A stretch of DNA of 64,000 nucleotides from Rhizodiscina lignyota (Eukaryota), in the NCBI GenBank assembly GCA_010015805.1, contig ML978122.1:372001-436000 (forward strand), given 5' to 3'. Below, one piece after another: positions 49,307-62,819 of this stretch. A program made the position numbers and the translations under genes. The notes under the pieces are model-generated. The model saw only the letters and a list, made by a program, of their open reading frames with translations, did not search any database and was not told the origin of the DNA. Numbering within the stretch: position 1 is the stretch's first letter; every line of letters starts with the position of its first letter.

Positions 49307-50800
49307 TCAGGAATCCTTCTCACCGCCAAACTGTCCCAGAGCAGGAAGGGTCTTCTTGTAATAGTCCCGCACGCTGTGCGCGTTTTCTTCATCAAGGATC
49401 AATTTCGCTCGACCCATTATATTCTCTGCGGACTTCCTCAACCGTCCTCTCAGTTCTGGCCAGGATTGAGATGTCTCCCCTTTAGTAGCAATGCACGGTG
49501 CCAATTTGCCATCGCGCTTGACCGGTACGCCATCGACAAGGACTGTGTCAACATCAGAAGCGTTAGCGTACAAGACCAGCGCGATCGCAGGGTCATGCAC
49601 CGGCGTCAGGCGCAGCGAGTCGCAACGTGTGAGCACCAAGTCGGCACGCTTCCCTGGAGTAATGGATCCGGTGAGATGCGAGAGCCCCAGTGCTTTGGCA
49701 CCTCCCAGAGTTGCCATGCGAAGCACGTCTTCGCATCTCGCAGCGACTTTCCTTGGTGGCGGTGGCGCGCTTCCCACTTCACTGTACCGCTTCTGTTGCA
49801 ACATCAAGCGCATTTGGCCAAACATGTCGGCGGGATTGTTGGACGTGATGTCGATTCCAATGCTGGCCGTGCAGCCATGCTTTTCCGCCTCGAAGGCAAT
49901 GGGTTGGCCCATGCCCATCTGGAGCTCCGTGTCGGGGGTGGAGGAAATAGCGGCGCCAGCTTCTTTGATGGCCTTCAGTTCATCCTCTAACAGCGCTGCA
50001 CCATGACTGAAGACCAGATCCGGACCTAACAATTTGCGTTCTGCCAATATCCGGACCAGATGCAGTTCTCGATCGTACGAGCCCATCGCAATGTGACCAG
50101 TAACGATGGCAGCCCCTAGAGAGCGCCCGAGTTGGATCTCATTGAGCGTCTGCTCGAGCGGTGTACGCTCGACTTCAGTAGGAGCGAATCCAAACCGAAG
50201 AAGATCCTCGGCCTTGTTGGACTGAAACTTCTCCTCTCGGATACGGCGAGCGTCGTCGTGTCGCCAATCCTGATTGTCGGTCACGAGAGCGGTTCCATCG
50301 CTTATCTTTGGATCAGAAAACACAGGATTCCCATAAAGCCCATAACAGAAGGTACCACGGATTCTGGATGCACGAAGCCCGTCAACAGCGGCATCAGCAT
50401 GAGCTGGAGAGTTCAAGATATGACAATGGTCGAGGAGACATGTAGTTCCCGCGTCCAGAGATTCGAGAGCACCACACAGATTTGCCAAGTAAACATCTTC
50501 TGGTGTATAGCATGATCCGTATCTGTTCCTAATGTGGATGGCATAGTCTGTCAATGTGAAATCGCCCGTGACGGTGCGTAACTGAGTCTGCCATGTGTGC
50601 CTATGTGTGTCGACGAATCCTGGACTGAGAATAGCGTTAGTAGCATCAATTATAACCGTATCATCAGACGGCGCCGAAATATTTGGTGCCACTTCGCTGA
50701 TGATGCTGTCTTGGACCAAAACATCGCAGTTCTTTACGGTTCCAATCTTTTCGTCAATCGAAACCACTGTAGCGTTTCGAAAGAGCCAGCTAGATCCCAT
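49307..50800 (-). CDS. Metal-dependent amidohydrolase (MTA/SAH deaminase / chlorohydrolase-like), intronless
   Basis: PGFVDTHRHTWQ (HxH), GTTCLLDHCH, VFSHG, SIGID, ATLGGAKALG, GSITPGKRADLV, VDTVLVDG. Confidence 0.93.
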   Translation of the reverse strand: MGSSWLFRNATVVSIDEKIGTVKNCDVLVQDSIISEVAPNISAPSDDTVIIDATNAILSPGFVDTHRHTWQTQLRTVTGDFTLTDYAIHIRNRYGSCYTPEDVYLANLCGALESLDAGTTCLLDHCHILNSPAHADAAVDGLRASRIRGTFCYGLYGNPVFSDPKISDGTALVTDNQDWRHDDARRIREEKFQSNKAEDLLRFGFAPTEVERTPLEQTLNEIQLGRSLGAAIVTGHIAMGSYDRELHLVRILAERKLLGPDLVFSHGAALLEDELKAIKEAGAAISSTPDTELQMGMGQPIAFEAEKHGCTASIGIDITSNNPADMFGQMRLMLQQKRYSEVGSAPPPPRKVAARCEDVLRMATLGGAKALGLSHLTGSITPGKRADLVLTRCDSLRLTPVHDPAIALVLYANASDVDTVLVDGVPVKRDGKLAPCIATKGETSQSWPELRGRLRKSAENIMGRAKLILDEENAHSVRDYYKKTLPALGQFGGEKDS

Positions 50801-51139
50801 GTTGGCGGACGTATGTGCGGATGCGACAAATCTGATGTGAATTTCGGACTAAGTCCAGAATTATACAGCACTGGAAGCCTTTCATCCTACCGACCGAGCA
50901 TATATCCAGACGGAGTTAACAACCTTGTCCCGGACCCGTTACCACATCCACGGGTCTGCATCTGAGGTGAGGTACGGGAAATGGGGAGAGGAAATGCCGA
51001 CCAGCCAAGGCGCATTTCCGTGTCTCTCTCTGAATCTCTCCTCCTTTCATCTCACTCCTTCTAGGTTGTTACACAATCTAAACGTCGCAAAGTTCTATTG
51101 CGATAATGTGGGCCTGCATTTGACAGGTATTTCTCGAGA

Positions 51140-53587
51140 ATGCCGGGTCGGCCTCGAAGGGCGTGCGACCGCTGCAATGCTTCAAAAGTAGGACATTCCT
51201 CTCCGACGGTGAACTGGGCTTGGGGCCCAATGCCGATTCGGTGTTGGTAATTAATAATTATCTCGCAGATTCGGTGTACTGGGGCTCCACCGAGCTGTGA
51301 TCGGTGCAAGCGTCTTCGTCGAGACTGCTCGTATGGAACCTTCAGCCCTCAGCTACGACGCGACTGGACATCTCCCCCGAGTCGAGCGCCAGTGACGAAC
51401 ATCGCCACTCCTGTCTCAAATGGAGATGCGGCTGCCTCCAGCAACGACAACATTTCCGCCAGTGCTCCGCACCCAAGTGAAACATCCGCTCGGGCGGAAA
51501 GGGGGAATGATCTGCAGGGCGCTTACTGCGGAGTACCCCAAGCACTGATATGGGATCTGATCGAAATATACTTCTCACACATTTACAACTCTTCTCTATT
51601 GCTTCACAAAAGTTCCTTTCTTCAGGATGTGCGGTCTGGCACTGTGACATCTCACGTTCTCCTGAGTGTCTGCGCGTTTGCATCTAAGTATGGAATTGCA
51701 ACGTGTGTAATAATACAGCTAATGTCGAGGACAGGTTCTATCGTGATGCTGCCGGAAATCATGTCCTCACAGACGCAGGTTTTGGCCATGAGTGGGCGAC
51801 GAGGGCTGCCGATTTAGTCTCGCAGAAACTCGGTGAACCAGAGGAAGAGAATATTGTAACTTTCATCAATGTCGCCTTATATTGGTATAGTGAAGGAAAG
51901 TGGAGAAAATGTTACATCTACAAATGTAGGATCATTAAGATTGCATGCCGACTGACTTTCGTTATTTGCCAACTTACTTTGGGGACAGGGAACGGTGTTG
52001 AAATTGCCTATGTGTTAGGCATTCCTTCGCGCCGACGAGAAACGGCCGAGACACTGGGGACAGAATTGAGCCGACGGCGCTTTTGGGCTTGCTTCTGCAT
52101 CATGTCCTTTGGGGCGAAACCTCTATTCCTCGCGAACAACTCACTTGACCTTCTGGAAAATGTGCCGCTTCCCTGCTCAGACCAAGGGTACGAAAACGGG
52201 ACTTCGACCAACGAGACCGAGAGAACAGCAGCACTCGGTGATGATAGCGTCTATGCGGACTTGATTCGCGCTCTGGCGCTATGGTGAGTGGCGTCCATTG
52301 TCCTCACGTTATTGGCGCTCACCCCAAGCAGGAATGATGTCTCTCAGGCGGTCAAAACGGCAGATACTCGGCTCTCCGTCCTCCAGGACCTTCATAGCAG
52401 GATATCAGACTGGTGGTCTGGCCTCTCTCCGTCTCTGAAGGTGTCATCAGACTCTCTTCCGTCAGCACCACGACAGACATCTCCACTGCTTTTACTAATA
52501 TGTATCATATACCATCAGTCTTTATGTGCGCTCCATGCGTCCATAGTTCCCTTGTTCTCATACAATCTAAATACGGAGAACCTATCGTATGCACGGCAGG
52601 TTTCAGCACAGCTAGCATATGAGCATTCAGATGCAATCTCAACTTTGCTCAAGGCCGTCCTCCGACATTCCTTTGAGATGGATCGAATTCCGAGTTTTGT
52701 CGGTTATGCTGCATACTGTGTATGCCACCTTGTGAATGCCCGTATTTATCACAAGTTGTGCTAACTTGTTTCGCGCAATTTAGGCCTGCGCGGTGCAAAT
52801 GCCGTTCTTCTGGTGTACGAATCAAGGCGTACAGGACAGAGTACGCTCGAATGTCTTGGCCAATTTAAGGATAATCCAGCAGATTGGGAAATACTGGAGA
52901 TATGTTGCGCTGCTTGTGAGTCACGATGTATTTACGGAATGCCTGGCATTTCGTCATTCATATCTTGATCGTTAATATTCTTCCGATAGGGCATCAATGC
53001 TCAAGCATTGTATGCAATGCATGCAAGGAACCCACAGCTCTTAGATAACGAGCCCAAGTTCATGGACGTTAGCAAGTTGGACCCTCCCAGAAGGGGCATG
53101 GATCGAGCAACAAAGTCCATCTTGAGCCATAACGACATTGTATGGCGTTCTGGTGGTTCCATGGCTCAACGAGATGCGGAGATAACGGATTTGGGCCTCG
53201 AGCAGAGCAGAAGTGCATCCGTTGCTCCCGGGGAAGGTAAGAGACTCCAAAAAGTCCGTTACAGCTTACGGACAATGCCATTGCGAATGCAAAGTGGGCT
53301 TACCATGCGAATCCATAGGTGCGATCGATTCTTTAATCAACGAAATCTCTGGGAAGAACGCAGCGGATGTGTCTGGCAACCAGAACTTCCTCCCCGGATC
53401 AATGCCGTCTGCGATGCCATATGGCGACATGTCTCGAATGTATTTTATGCCAAATTTTCTCAATGAGGGGTTTGAATATTTGCCGCAGGGCCACGATGTC
53501 TCCTCCGAACAATTGGCGTCTTTTGATACTTGGCTGGGCCAATTTGGATTTGAAATCGAATCTAGGAATGAAGACTTCAGCGCGTAA
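51140..53587 (+). CDS. Zn(II)2Cys6 transcription factor with fungal-specific TF domain; multi-exon
   Basis: MPGRPRRACDRCNASK, intron 51188-51268, then IRCTGAPPSCDRCKRLRRDCSY. Downstream LIEIYF...LLHK..F and ELSRRRFWACF. Confidence 0.92.
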
Positions 53588-53711
53588 CAAGCTATTCAAA
53601 ACAACGAAAACATTTAAGACATTCTGATATCTTCACGGGATGCTAGTCAAAAGCAGCCAATGGAGTGCGACGGTATATATAAAAAGCAAATTCAAAAGGA
53701 TGACGTCTATG

Positions 53712-54296
53712 TCAATGATCTTTACGGCTCGCTGGTACCTCCGTAGCATTACGTATATCCTCTTCAAGCAGGGTCCCTCCGACTTTGATCGGCTGGCAAT
53801 CTTGCAACATAAAAATCATCCTGGCCCATTCGGTGTCGCTCGGGTTGCGCCATGCATGCATGGTTGCTCTCTGTACTGCCACATCGCCTCTTCGCAAGGT
53901 GTGCACCTCGCCCGAGTCCAGCATCATTTCGATTGACCCCTCTAACAAAATGCCGTAGTCTAGGCTCTGAGTACGATGCATCACTGGGTGACTTCCCGGC
54001 CCGAAATCCACATATCTGCAAACAGTGCCATTTGGATTGACCAGTCCCAGATCACCAGAGGCCATGGTCTCTTTGTACGCAGTAATATCCGCATCGTCGT
54101 TCAATGAAGGTGGAAAGCCGGTGGTAGTATATGCGACATTGAAAGCTACCGATGCATTCCTAAGAGACTGCCATTGTCCCTCGTCTTGCGAATAGAGTTT
54201 TGCCTTCCCGGTGGCGTCGTCGTGAGTTGTAATGAATCGTCTGATCGGAGGGAGGTCAGAAACCTGCCCGCCGGTGGAAGTTTCTGTCGACCCCAT
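53712..54296 (-). CDS. Cupin_2 domain protein
   Basis: RRFITTH, MHRTQSLDYGILLEG, LRRGDVAVQRATMHAWRN. Confidence 0.92.
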   Translation of the reverse strand: MGSTETSTGGQVSDLPPIRRFITTHDDATGKAKLYSQDEGQWQSLRNASVAFNVAYTTTGFPPSLNDDADITAYKETMASGDLGLVNPNGTVCRYVDFGPGSHPVMHRTQSLDYGILLEGSIEMMLDSGEVHTLRRGDVAVQRATMHAWRNPSDTEWARMIFMLQDCQPIKVGGTLLEEDIRNATEVPASRKDH

Positions 54297-55362
54297 CTCA
54301 ACTCTGTTTTCCTCTCTGAATTTTAGCGAATAAAGAATTTAGAAAGAATGGATTTCTGAAGAAACGAGACACGCAAGGGACTGTGAGTGTCTTTTGGGGA
54401 AATGAGAGAACTGGAGGCCGTCAAGAACGAAACGATTAGCGAGCATACACGTTCTAGATGATTTATTTACCGACTGCACCTTAAGAGCTGTACTTCAGCA
54501 CTCCAATCAATCAAGGTGCGAACTACGAAGGGATCAAGTGGAGAGAGTGGAGTGTGATATTCCGTCGGTGTATTCTTCAGGCAGACTCTACCCTTCTGCA
54601 ACTTCGGCGAGTTTCATCCAACCCCTTTCAAGTGGAGCTATTCCTTTTCAGGAATGGCTCCATATATTCTTCTCGCATGTCTTCAAGATAAATTTTCATA
54701 GCAACCAAGAGACGTCTAGCTTTTCTTCATTCAACGCAAGTGTGTGCAAGACTAGGATTAGGGATTATCATCGATATGATACTATCAGTTGTATATCTGA
54801 TATGCGACTGCAATGTCACTTCGAAGTTATCGTCAAATCCAGCTTCGTCAATACTGAACTACCTCAGTTCACATGCCACTCACAGAAGGCTCCGAGCTTC
54901 GCTCCACAGTAACTTCAATGCTTGCTCTACGACATGCTAGTTCTGGTGCATAACTCTCAATGCTAATTCAGACTTCTCGGCCGCATTAGATGCGCTGCTG
55001 GAATCAAACTCTGGGGCCAACTATCGAGTCAACGTCTCATTTTCCGCGTCAAACCGCGTCAGTGATGCCTTCTCAATGAGACAGTTTGCGTTCACATCCT
55101 CATGAACCAGAAGGAGACGCGTGTGCCTCAAGCGCCCCGTTCTTCTTTAGGATGTGATGACAGGGTTGTCTTGACATGTATTTCCCGACGCATGTTCGGT
55201 AAATGCATTGACTCCAGTCGGGGCTACGCCGCACCTCGACTGACAACACTTGGACACTCCCCGCTCTGTGGAGTGATGAACCACACTCAAATGGAAGAAT
55301 AAATGATCTCCACATCAGTCGGTTGAGAAACTAAAGAATCCGCTAACAGTCCATATTACCCC

Positions 55363-57467
55363 ATGACAGAGTCATCAGGAACGATGAGCACAGTGGAGAA
55401 GCAGCACAGTGTGGACAAAGTCGAGAGCGTCGCCGGCGACCATTACTCTACTCCAACTAAGCCACGAGTCAGAAACCACATTAATGGTCAGATCGGAGCT
55501 GCGCATCTGTTCATCGGTGAGCTCCCAACTCAACAGAATCGTTTGAAAAGTCACTAATACGCCTCAGAGGATGAAAATGGCAATGTCATTGAAAGACTAC
55601 CAATTCCTCGACCCACAAATGACCCACTGGACCCATTGGTACGTGATCTTACCCACGATGGTATGTGGCGGTGCGGCTGACTTTACGATAATCAGTCCTG
55701 GAGCACAGCAAGAAAGCATATGGCATTTGTGTCCATTTCGTTCTTTGTCTTTCTGTCAAATTACACCCTTGCGTCGATCACCCCAGGATTTCTTGGAATT
55801 GTTGAGGAGTTCGGAGTCACGATCACCAAAGCTACGTATTTGTTGACAACGCAGATTCTCTCACTCGGAGTTGGGGTTAGTGGCTGCTTCTCCCGACCCT
55901 CAGCAGTATCTTTGCCTGCTGATGAATCCGCAACAGAATCTGTTCTGGATCCCATTGTCTTTGAAGTTCGGAAAGCGTCCCATCTGCATCATCTCTTCTG
56001 CCATCTTCTTTGCAGCATGTGAGTCTCAAATTCCTGGGGCAGATTGCGTGGATACTAAGCTTAAATTAGGCGTTTGGTCGGCCAAAGCAGGGTCGTATGG
56101 CTCGCTGCTTGGGGCTCGCATAATTCAGGGCTTCGGAGCTAGTTCTTCTGAAGCTCTCGGGCCTGCAATTGTATGTTCATGTCGATCGTCCCGGGCCACA
56201 TGCTAATCTCCTGGGAACAGGTGGCCGATCTCTATTTCTTGCACGAGAGAGGAAAAATGGTCGGAATCTATACGTAAGTCGCCTACATGTTTGCTCTCCG
56301 GAAGGGCTGCGTTGACATAGACAAAGTTTCATGATCGCCAGTGGTGCTGCATTTGGAGGTATCTTCGCTGGCTTAGCGGTCCACAATTCCGGAGATTGGC
56401 GGTGGGCCTTCTGGATGGACTCCATTCTGACTGGGACCTGCTTCTTGTTCATCACGCTGTTTCAATCAGAGACCAATTTTCGGCGCCCAATTGAATCGGA
56501 GACTGGAGAGGGCATGGATGCGATGTCAGCCCAATCAACAACTCCATCTCAATACAGCTGGGTCCGAAGTCTTGCTTTGTGGGGATGGTATGACAGGTAA
56601 GACATGCTTTTGCGGATTCTCTTTCCTCCAAGGCGTAGCTTTATTGACTTTACAGTGAAACTCCCATGTGGGAGCTCTTTTGGAGGCCTGTCAAGGTTCT
56701 GTACTATCCGGCAGTCTTATTCGCCTCGATGACATATGGAATTTGCCTCGGATGGGTTGTTCTCCAACAGACAGCGAATGCAGTTGCCTTCCCCGAAATC
56801 TATCACTTCGGCGATCTGGGCGTCGGTAATATCAACGTTGCGGTAAAATCCTCCCCAAGTACCTTCGCATCTGTGCCTCCCGCTGACTGGATGTGCAGAA
56901 TCTCATCGGCGCAGTCGTTGGCTGCATTCTCGGTGGTCCGGCATGCGACTGGTTGATAGCAGTGATCTCGAAACGCCACAATGGCCTATTCCGGCCAGAG
57001 ACTCGACTTGTTGCTTTTATTTTGCCAATTATTATGGGTCCCATTGGGTTAATGATATGGGGTGCAGGGCTGGAGAACCATCTTCACTGGTCCGTTCCCA
57101 TTGCTGGCTTTGGAATCACATACGGCCTCCTTTGCATGGTGCCGGCTATTGGCATCACGTATGTTGTCGATTGCTACAGGCCACTCGCGAGCGAGACTTT
57201 GACCGGCATGACGGCGTTCAAGAATACTTTCGCCTTCGGGCTCAGCTTTGGCGTAACTCCTTGGATCGAACTTGATGGATACACCAAGGTATGTCGACTG
57301 CTACTCCCCTCAGTAAATGTCCTACTAATCTTATTCTTTATTCGCAGGTCTCCGGTTATATGACGCTGATCGAAGGCGTGGTGCTCTTGACTGTGATTCC
57401 GATGTACGTCTTTGGGGAGCGTCTGCGGAATTGGACATTGCGACAAGGGGACGTTAAGAAGAATTGA
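55363..57467 (+). CDS. MFS transporter (HOL1/DHA1-like); many introns
   Basis: PIPRPTNDPLDPL|SW, NLFWIPLSLKFGKRP, ARIIQGFG, ADLYFLHERG, WRWAFW, RPETRL, YVVDCY, FKNTFAF; last exon 57348-57467. Confidence 0.93.
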
Positions 57468-57729
57468 GAGACATCGGCGTTTATCACTGTCTTTACCTTG
57501 CGAAATTGGATGAGACACAAACGATGCTATGCGATCGAAGATCATCCCTCGAATTCCACTGGGAATGCTGATCATACTCCACTGTTCGTTGTTTGCTGCA
57601 CAGCGCGTTGTTGTGACTGATGTTGTGAGCGATTGATGCAGACACTTGGTGAAATATGCCCGGGTGTAGCCCATGTATGGAGGAATGTCCTTGGGCGGAA
57701 CAAAGCCAAGAACGCTTTAGAAAAAAGCC

Positions 57730-59495
57730 CTAGCCATTTGGGTCGTAGCTCGGGATAGTGGCGACATATGAAATTGTTCCTTGAACCACAGCCCACATCC
57801 CAATCATGCCACGGCTGCCATTCCCAATGGCTAGTACCACTGACCCAGGGCTGTCCGTCGCTACACTGCTATAATTCTCTACATTGTTGAAATTGTCGCC
57901 AGTCTCAACCGTAACCGGCAAGTCGGGCTCATAAGGCTCTACCGCGGTACTAAAAAGCATTTGAAAACCACCATTAGGCCGAGATGAGAAAACATAGAAA
58001 TCGAAGCCCTGGTCATTGAGAGCTGCCATTGGCGTTCCAACCCTCATGACAGTCATGTTGCGATAATCTGTGCTTGCCGTTACTACCGTCTTTCCATACG
58101 GAGATATTTCAAACGTGTCAAAAGAATGGAAGCTTTACCGATACCCCAGCCGCCATTGGCGTCGGTGTTCGCAATAAGATTTTGTGGGTCCCATTCTAAC
58201 ATATTCAAAAGGCCTTCATGTGGATTTTCAGACGTTTCACCGGCGTCAACATAAGCCTGAAAGAGCAGCCCGGTTAGCCGAGGATCGCTTTGTTCGCCGC
58301 TAAAGCTGAACTTCACAAAAGCAAGACTACTCCCGGAGGCAAACTTAATGTCAGTTCCGTTGAGATTCTCCAAGGCAGGGTTGCCGGAATTGACCGATGG
58401 TGTGAAGATGGAAGAGTTTCCATTGGTCATATTCCATAAGGCGAGAGTTCCATTGTCGTTTTCGAAGGCCACTAGCAACCATGGATCTGTCGTGCATCCA
58501 TCAGAGAAGCTTCCTTTACAGTCGATCCAGGTTGCAGCAAGACCAGAATGACGACCCACTTTGACACCTTCGGCGGCAAGGTCGAAGTCAATGCTAAAAT
58601 TTCCAAATGGCTCCTTTGTGAACACGCTGCCTAGTGTACCATTGGCGTAAAAGAAGAAGACCCGAAGATCCTGTTCAAACTGCGTTAATGCTTCTATGGA
58701 ATTGAAGAGAGGGTACTTGTCACATACAGTTATCTTGCTTACCCCGTAAGCCTCGTCGCCAGTGTATTGGATTGTAGCGGCAAGAGGCGTATTGGACATA
58801 ATTGGGACATCCTTGTCCATTAGCGCCGAGAAACTCCAATTACCATAAGGTTCTTCAAGGCCTTCGCCATCATATGCTGACATGAGGATGGGGCCTTGAT
58901 TTTCTCTTTGATAGAAAGTACGGATGTACGTTAGCAATGTAGTAGTTTCTGACCAGCTGCATGCTGCGAGACTTGAGTGCGAAAGTGGGCCAGCTTGAGA
59001 TGTCGTATTCTTCGGTGCACTTGAGTTGGAGGGCGTTGATGACTGAGAGGTTTCTGGTGGCCCTCCTCTTGATGCGGTCTTGACAGCGCGTGAACCAAGA
59101 ATACCTCCAAGTATCGCCCCTGTTGCGACCATGACAACAGCAGCAAGGACACCGCAAAGGATCGCAGGAGAGCACTTACGTCTCTTCGACGGTATGCTTT
59201 CCAGCTCTTGCATTGGCCCTTCCCTATTAGTGGCGTTAATATCTGGCCAGACTGCTTCCGGTGCATTATCGATGTCGCCCCGCCCATCGCGTTGTATGCC
59301 ACTGTCACTGTCTTCCGCGAAAGTCCTCTGTGGATAGCTAGTTCCATGTTCAATAAATTGTTCGTAGTATGCTGTATTGAGTTCGAGTGTGCTATGTTCG
59401 TTGCTTTCGTTCACTGGTTGGGATGGTTGGGGAGAAGTATCAGGATCGGGATCGCGTGAAGTCGGAGCGTTGCTCTCTGGTGGCGACCCGGTCAT
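57730..59495 (-). CDS. Type II membrane protein with probable fucose-lectin-like beta-propeller ectodomain; spliced
   Basis: Acidic N-tail with QELES; TM AILCGVLAAVVMVATGAILGGILG; repeats SSLAACSW..IRTFYQ, TPLAA..LRVFF, SGLAATW, TPMAA. Confidence 0.75.
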
Positions 59496-60702
59496 GAGAG
59501 CTTGGGTTGGTGGAAGTATTATACGAAATAAGGTAGGTATAGTGGCTATGGATGTAACAAGACACACGTGAGCGCGGCAGTCAGAGATATTAAGCCCACG
59601 TAAAGAGAGTTCATCAGCACGATAAAGAGATTGAGAAGATCGAAGTAAACAGAGAAGCAAAGTAAGAAAAGACTCTGGGCCCTCAGATTAGCGCAGGACA
59701 AACCATGGACAGCATGCATTATGAATGGTCGGCATCACCAAGCCAGCCTTGAGCCAGGTAATGTATCTGAAGCGAGACGGGGTACTGCGATGCGCCTCCA
59801 CAAAACACACCATGCAGTCTTGCGGTGCCTGGATTGGACGAGACCCTATCAAATTCGCTGCCTGAGAGAAAGACTGTGAAGATAAGAACATCGAGCTTCA
59901 GGTGCTTTGGAGAGTGCAGATTGGAAGGAGCGTGCTGTGCCGCAGCCTCGCATTGCCGTGACGGAAATGTCTGGAGGCTGTCCTTCCCGAGCTGTGTGGA
60001 AGTGTGGTCTGGAATGATGTTTCTGAGATGGGTTCTATGAGAATCAGGAGCACTTTAAGAGACTTGACATGGAGACGGGCCTTTGAAGGAGATCCATTTC
60101 GCTGAAGACAGCCAGGTCGTCAGGCTACCGCCAGGCCATCCATGTCGCAACGTCTCCGTAGTCCCTGGTGCAGAGGTCCTTGATTGAACAGTGCTCAGAC
60201 GCCCGATTTGGCAAAGTCCAGGAGCTCAGCGCGAGGCTGTGAGTGGGCGTGGGAATTTCAAAACTTGTTAATGGAAACCCTCTTCGGAGGCGATGCCATG
60301 CGCGAAAAGCCCCTGATATGGACAGCTCATAAGCGAGGTGACTGTTCGGTTGAAGTGATCTCTGACAGCAAGTTCGTTGTGCAGCGAAAGGTCTGACGAA
60401 AGAGGGCGTATCCTACTGTTTCTTGCAGATCCAGTCACGCTAAGCCTAATTTGCCACTTCAACTTCACCTCACACCTCCTGTCCTCAGCGTCTTCGTGCC
60501 TCGAAGTGGAATGTCACGATATTCCCGCCTCTTCAGGCCTCACGACATATTTATTATCGACTGGAAAGCACTCTGAATCATCTAAATCGGATTTCGAAGA
60601 CCCTGACTTGCGCAAACCTCAGACAATGCACAGCCCCCAGTGGCCTCTCGTACCGATGTATAGCGAGCGTTTAACACGATTGTCAGGTTCCTTCGATTAC
60701 GC

Positions 60703-61166
60703 TCATCCTGAGTAAGCATTGAATGGATTCGGCTGATATCGTTTTTCCTTTATTGTCTTTGCAACTATGCCGAGCCTGAGTAGAGTAAGAGTCAAGCCCG
60801 ATTGGCATGTCTCTGTAACTCTGCACACGCTCAGTATGAATTGACACTCGTCCTCTTCTTTTCCCCTCTTTATGATCTTGCAATTCATACGCTGCAAGTC
60901 CCTTCTTGGATCCTCGGGCGTTTGGAGTAGAGGCGAGCCGTCGTTGAACCCTTACAGTTTGACTGTTGATTTGCTCTCGAAGAATCTGAGATCCGTCAGT
61001 GCAAATTCAATATGCTCCTTCTGCTGTACCTTCGAATCACATTCCCGATCGAAATCGAGTTTGGACCCTGCTCCGATTTAGCTGTCTCGTCTACGACCGG
61101 CTTGAAGATGAGCAGGATCTCCGAAATGCTAATCCCATCTGGGACTGAAAGCGAACTGCTCTTCAT
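60703..61166 (-). pseudogene. Probable pseudogene with one in-frame TAA
   Basis: Exon MKSSS...NVIRR, intron 61029-60986 (GTACAG..CTGAC..CAG), then FFESKSTVKL, TAA (60954-60952), after which the same frame stays open to 60703. Confidence 0.4.
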
Positions 61167-62129
61167 CTTCTTTCGCTCCTTAGGGACACGTGGTCTGAAG
61201 CAAGTGTAATTGTCTGATCGGTTTCTAAGGAATGGACTGAGCGTTAAGTGCGCTGTTAGAGAAGCAGTGTAAGTACATTCGACCACATGTATGCGGAGAC
61301 GTCGTTCAAGGGATGCCGGAATCTCCTACAAGGTGATTGGCATTTAAGGTGATTGGCATTATACAATGCTAGCAGCAATGCTGTAGCACATGTGATTGTG
61401 CGCGAGAACCTGACGCAGAGCAGCGTCATGTGTGCGGAGGCGTGGTTTGGGTATTGGTGGGGTCTCAGTAAACTTTGTCGCATTGATGGCAGAAATACTG
61501 TAGAAACGGTTAAATCCCTTCTTCTATACACATGTGACGAATGGAAACTGAGTCATTTTGCGGGCCCTGTTGCAAGAATGTGCGTGTTGCGCGTGTGTGC
61601 GGAAGCGCGGTTTGGACGGCAGCGGGAAGTCGACGAAAGTTGTGGGACATATGAACGAGCGATAGCGAAGATAAGAGAAGACATATACTAAAGGCCACGA
61701 ACAATTGGCTGGCCATCTCATGTTCTTGTTTGCGGAGTGAGGAGGCGGGGCTGAGCTCTGTGTGCGGAGTTGGCTTGTCAGCTGATAGTGCACGATATTC
61801 GCCGCCCTTCACATGTTCGCAGAGGTACGTCGTGGGGGTTGCAGGAGTCCGCGCACCACTTTCACGACAAAGAACAGAGACACCGTGAGGCAAGATATGA
61901 TGTGAGAATGATGGAGCTGAGCATTGATGATGAATGCATTGATGACTGAGCCTTCTTGGTTTCCGATCCCTAACGGATCATACTCACGCCAGGCACCACG
62001 GGAAGGTGAGGCTCGTCGCCCGGCCTATCTACGCTATCTACCTACCTACTTCACGACATGGGCCAAGATGATGACGAACGCAGCAAGGGGAGTCAGAGAT
62101 GGGAAGTGGGGTGATACGTTACCTGTGCC

Positions 62130-62785
62130 TCAATCCTCCTCCTCGAAGCCGTAGCTGCTCCTCCATGGGCCCTGCTGCTGGGGCTGGTTCCTCTCCTCCT
62201 CTTCCCGAACGTGCCTCGTGCTCTCGAACACCTCCACGCCGGCCCGGAACGCCACGTCCCTGAACCAGTCCTTACCCCACCACCCCCACCATAGGGTCTG
62301 AACGCCACAGTCGTCGCCGTTCTCGTCGATCCCCTTCTCTTCCCAGACCTTTGCACGGTCGAACGCCTCCAACAAGTGGCGGCGCTCCCGGCAGATCATA
62401 CTCCGATGGGCGCTGGTCCATCGACAGATCTCAGTCTGCGCCTCGTTCGTTCCCTCCCGGACCGCGCAGTCCATCCTGTGCAACAGTTAGCTTGATGCAC
62501 GTGACAGAAAAGGGGGGAGGTGCAACGCCGTGGGGAGATGATGACTCACCTGTCCACAAGCAGCTCCTGCTTCCACAACGGTCCGGGCTCGTTCTCGGCG
62601 TCGGCGGCGGCGCAACAATTGTCGCAGTAGATGAGGCCCTCGGTGAGTTTAAACTGCAACCAACCTCGGGTACTCTGGTTGCATCGCACGCCCTCCTCCA
62701 CCGACTCGGTGCACCTGTCAAGCCCATCCTGACCCGCCACCTCGATGTGGCAGCAGCGGTGGATGTAAACAGCCTGTTTACACAT
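62130..62785 (-). CDS. Small orphan protein with N-terminal MC..CxH..C..C..CxxC Cys cluster; 2 exons
   Basis: MCKQAVYIHRCCH...CDNCC; intron 62549-62476 (GTGAGT..GCTAAC..CAG) joins in frame to RMDCAVREG...GFEED. Confidence 0.75.
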
Positions 62786-62819
62786 ATCAGCGATTACTTG
62801 TCAAGTGGCTGACTGTGTT

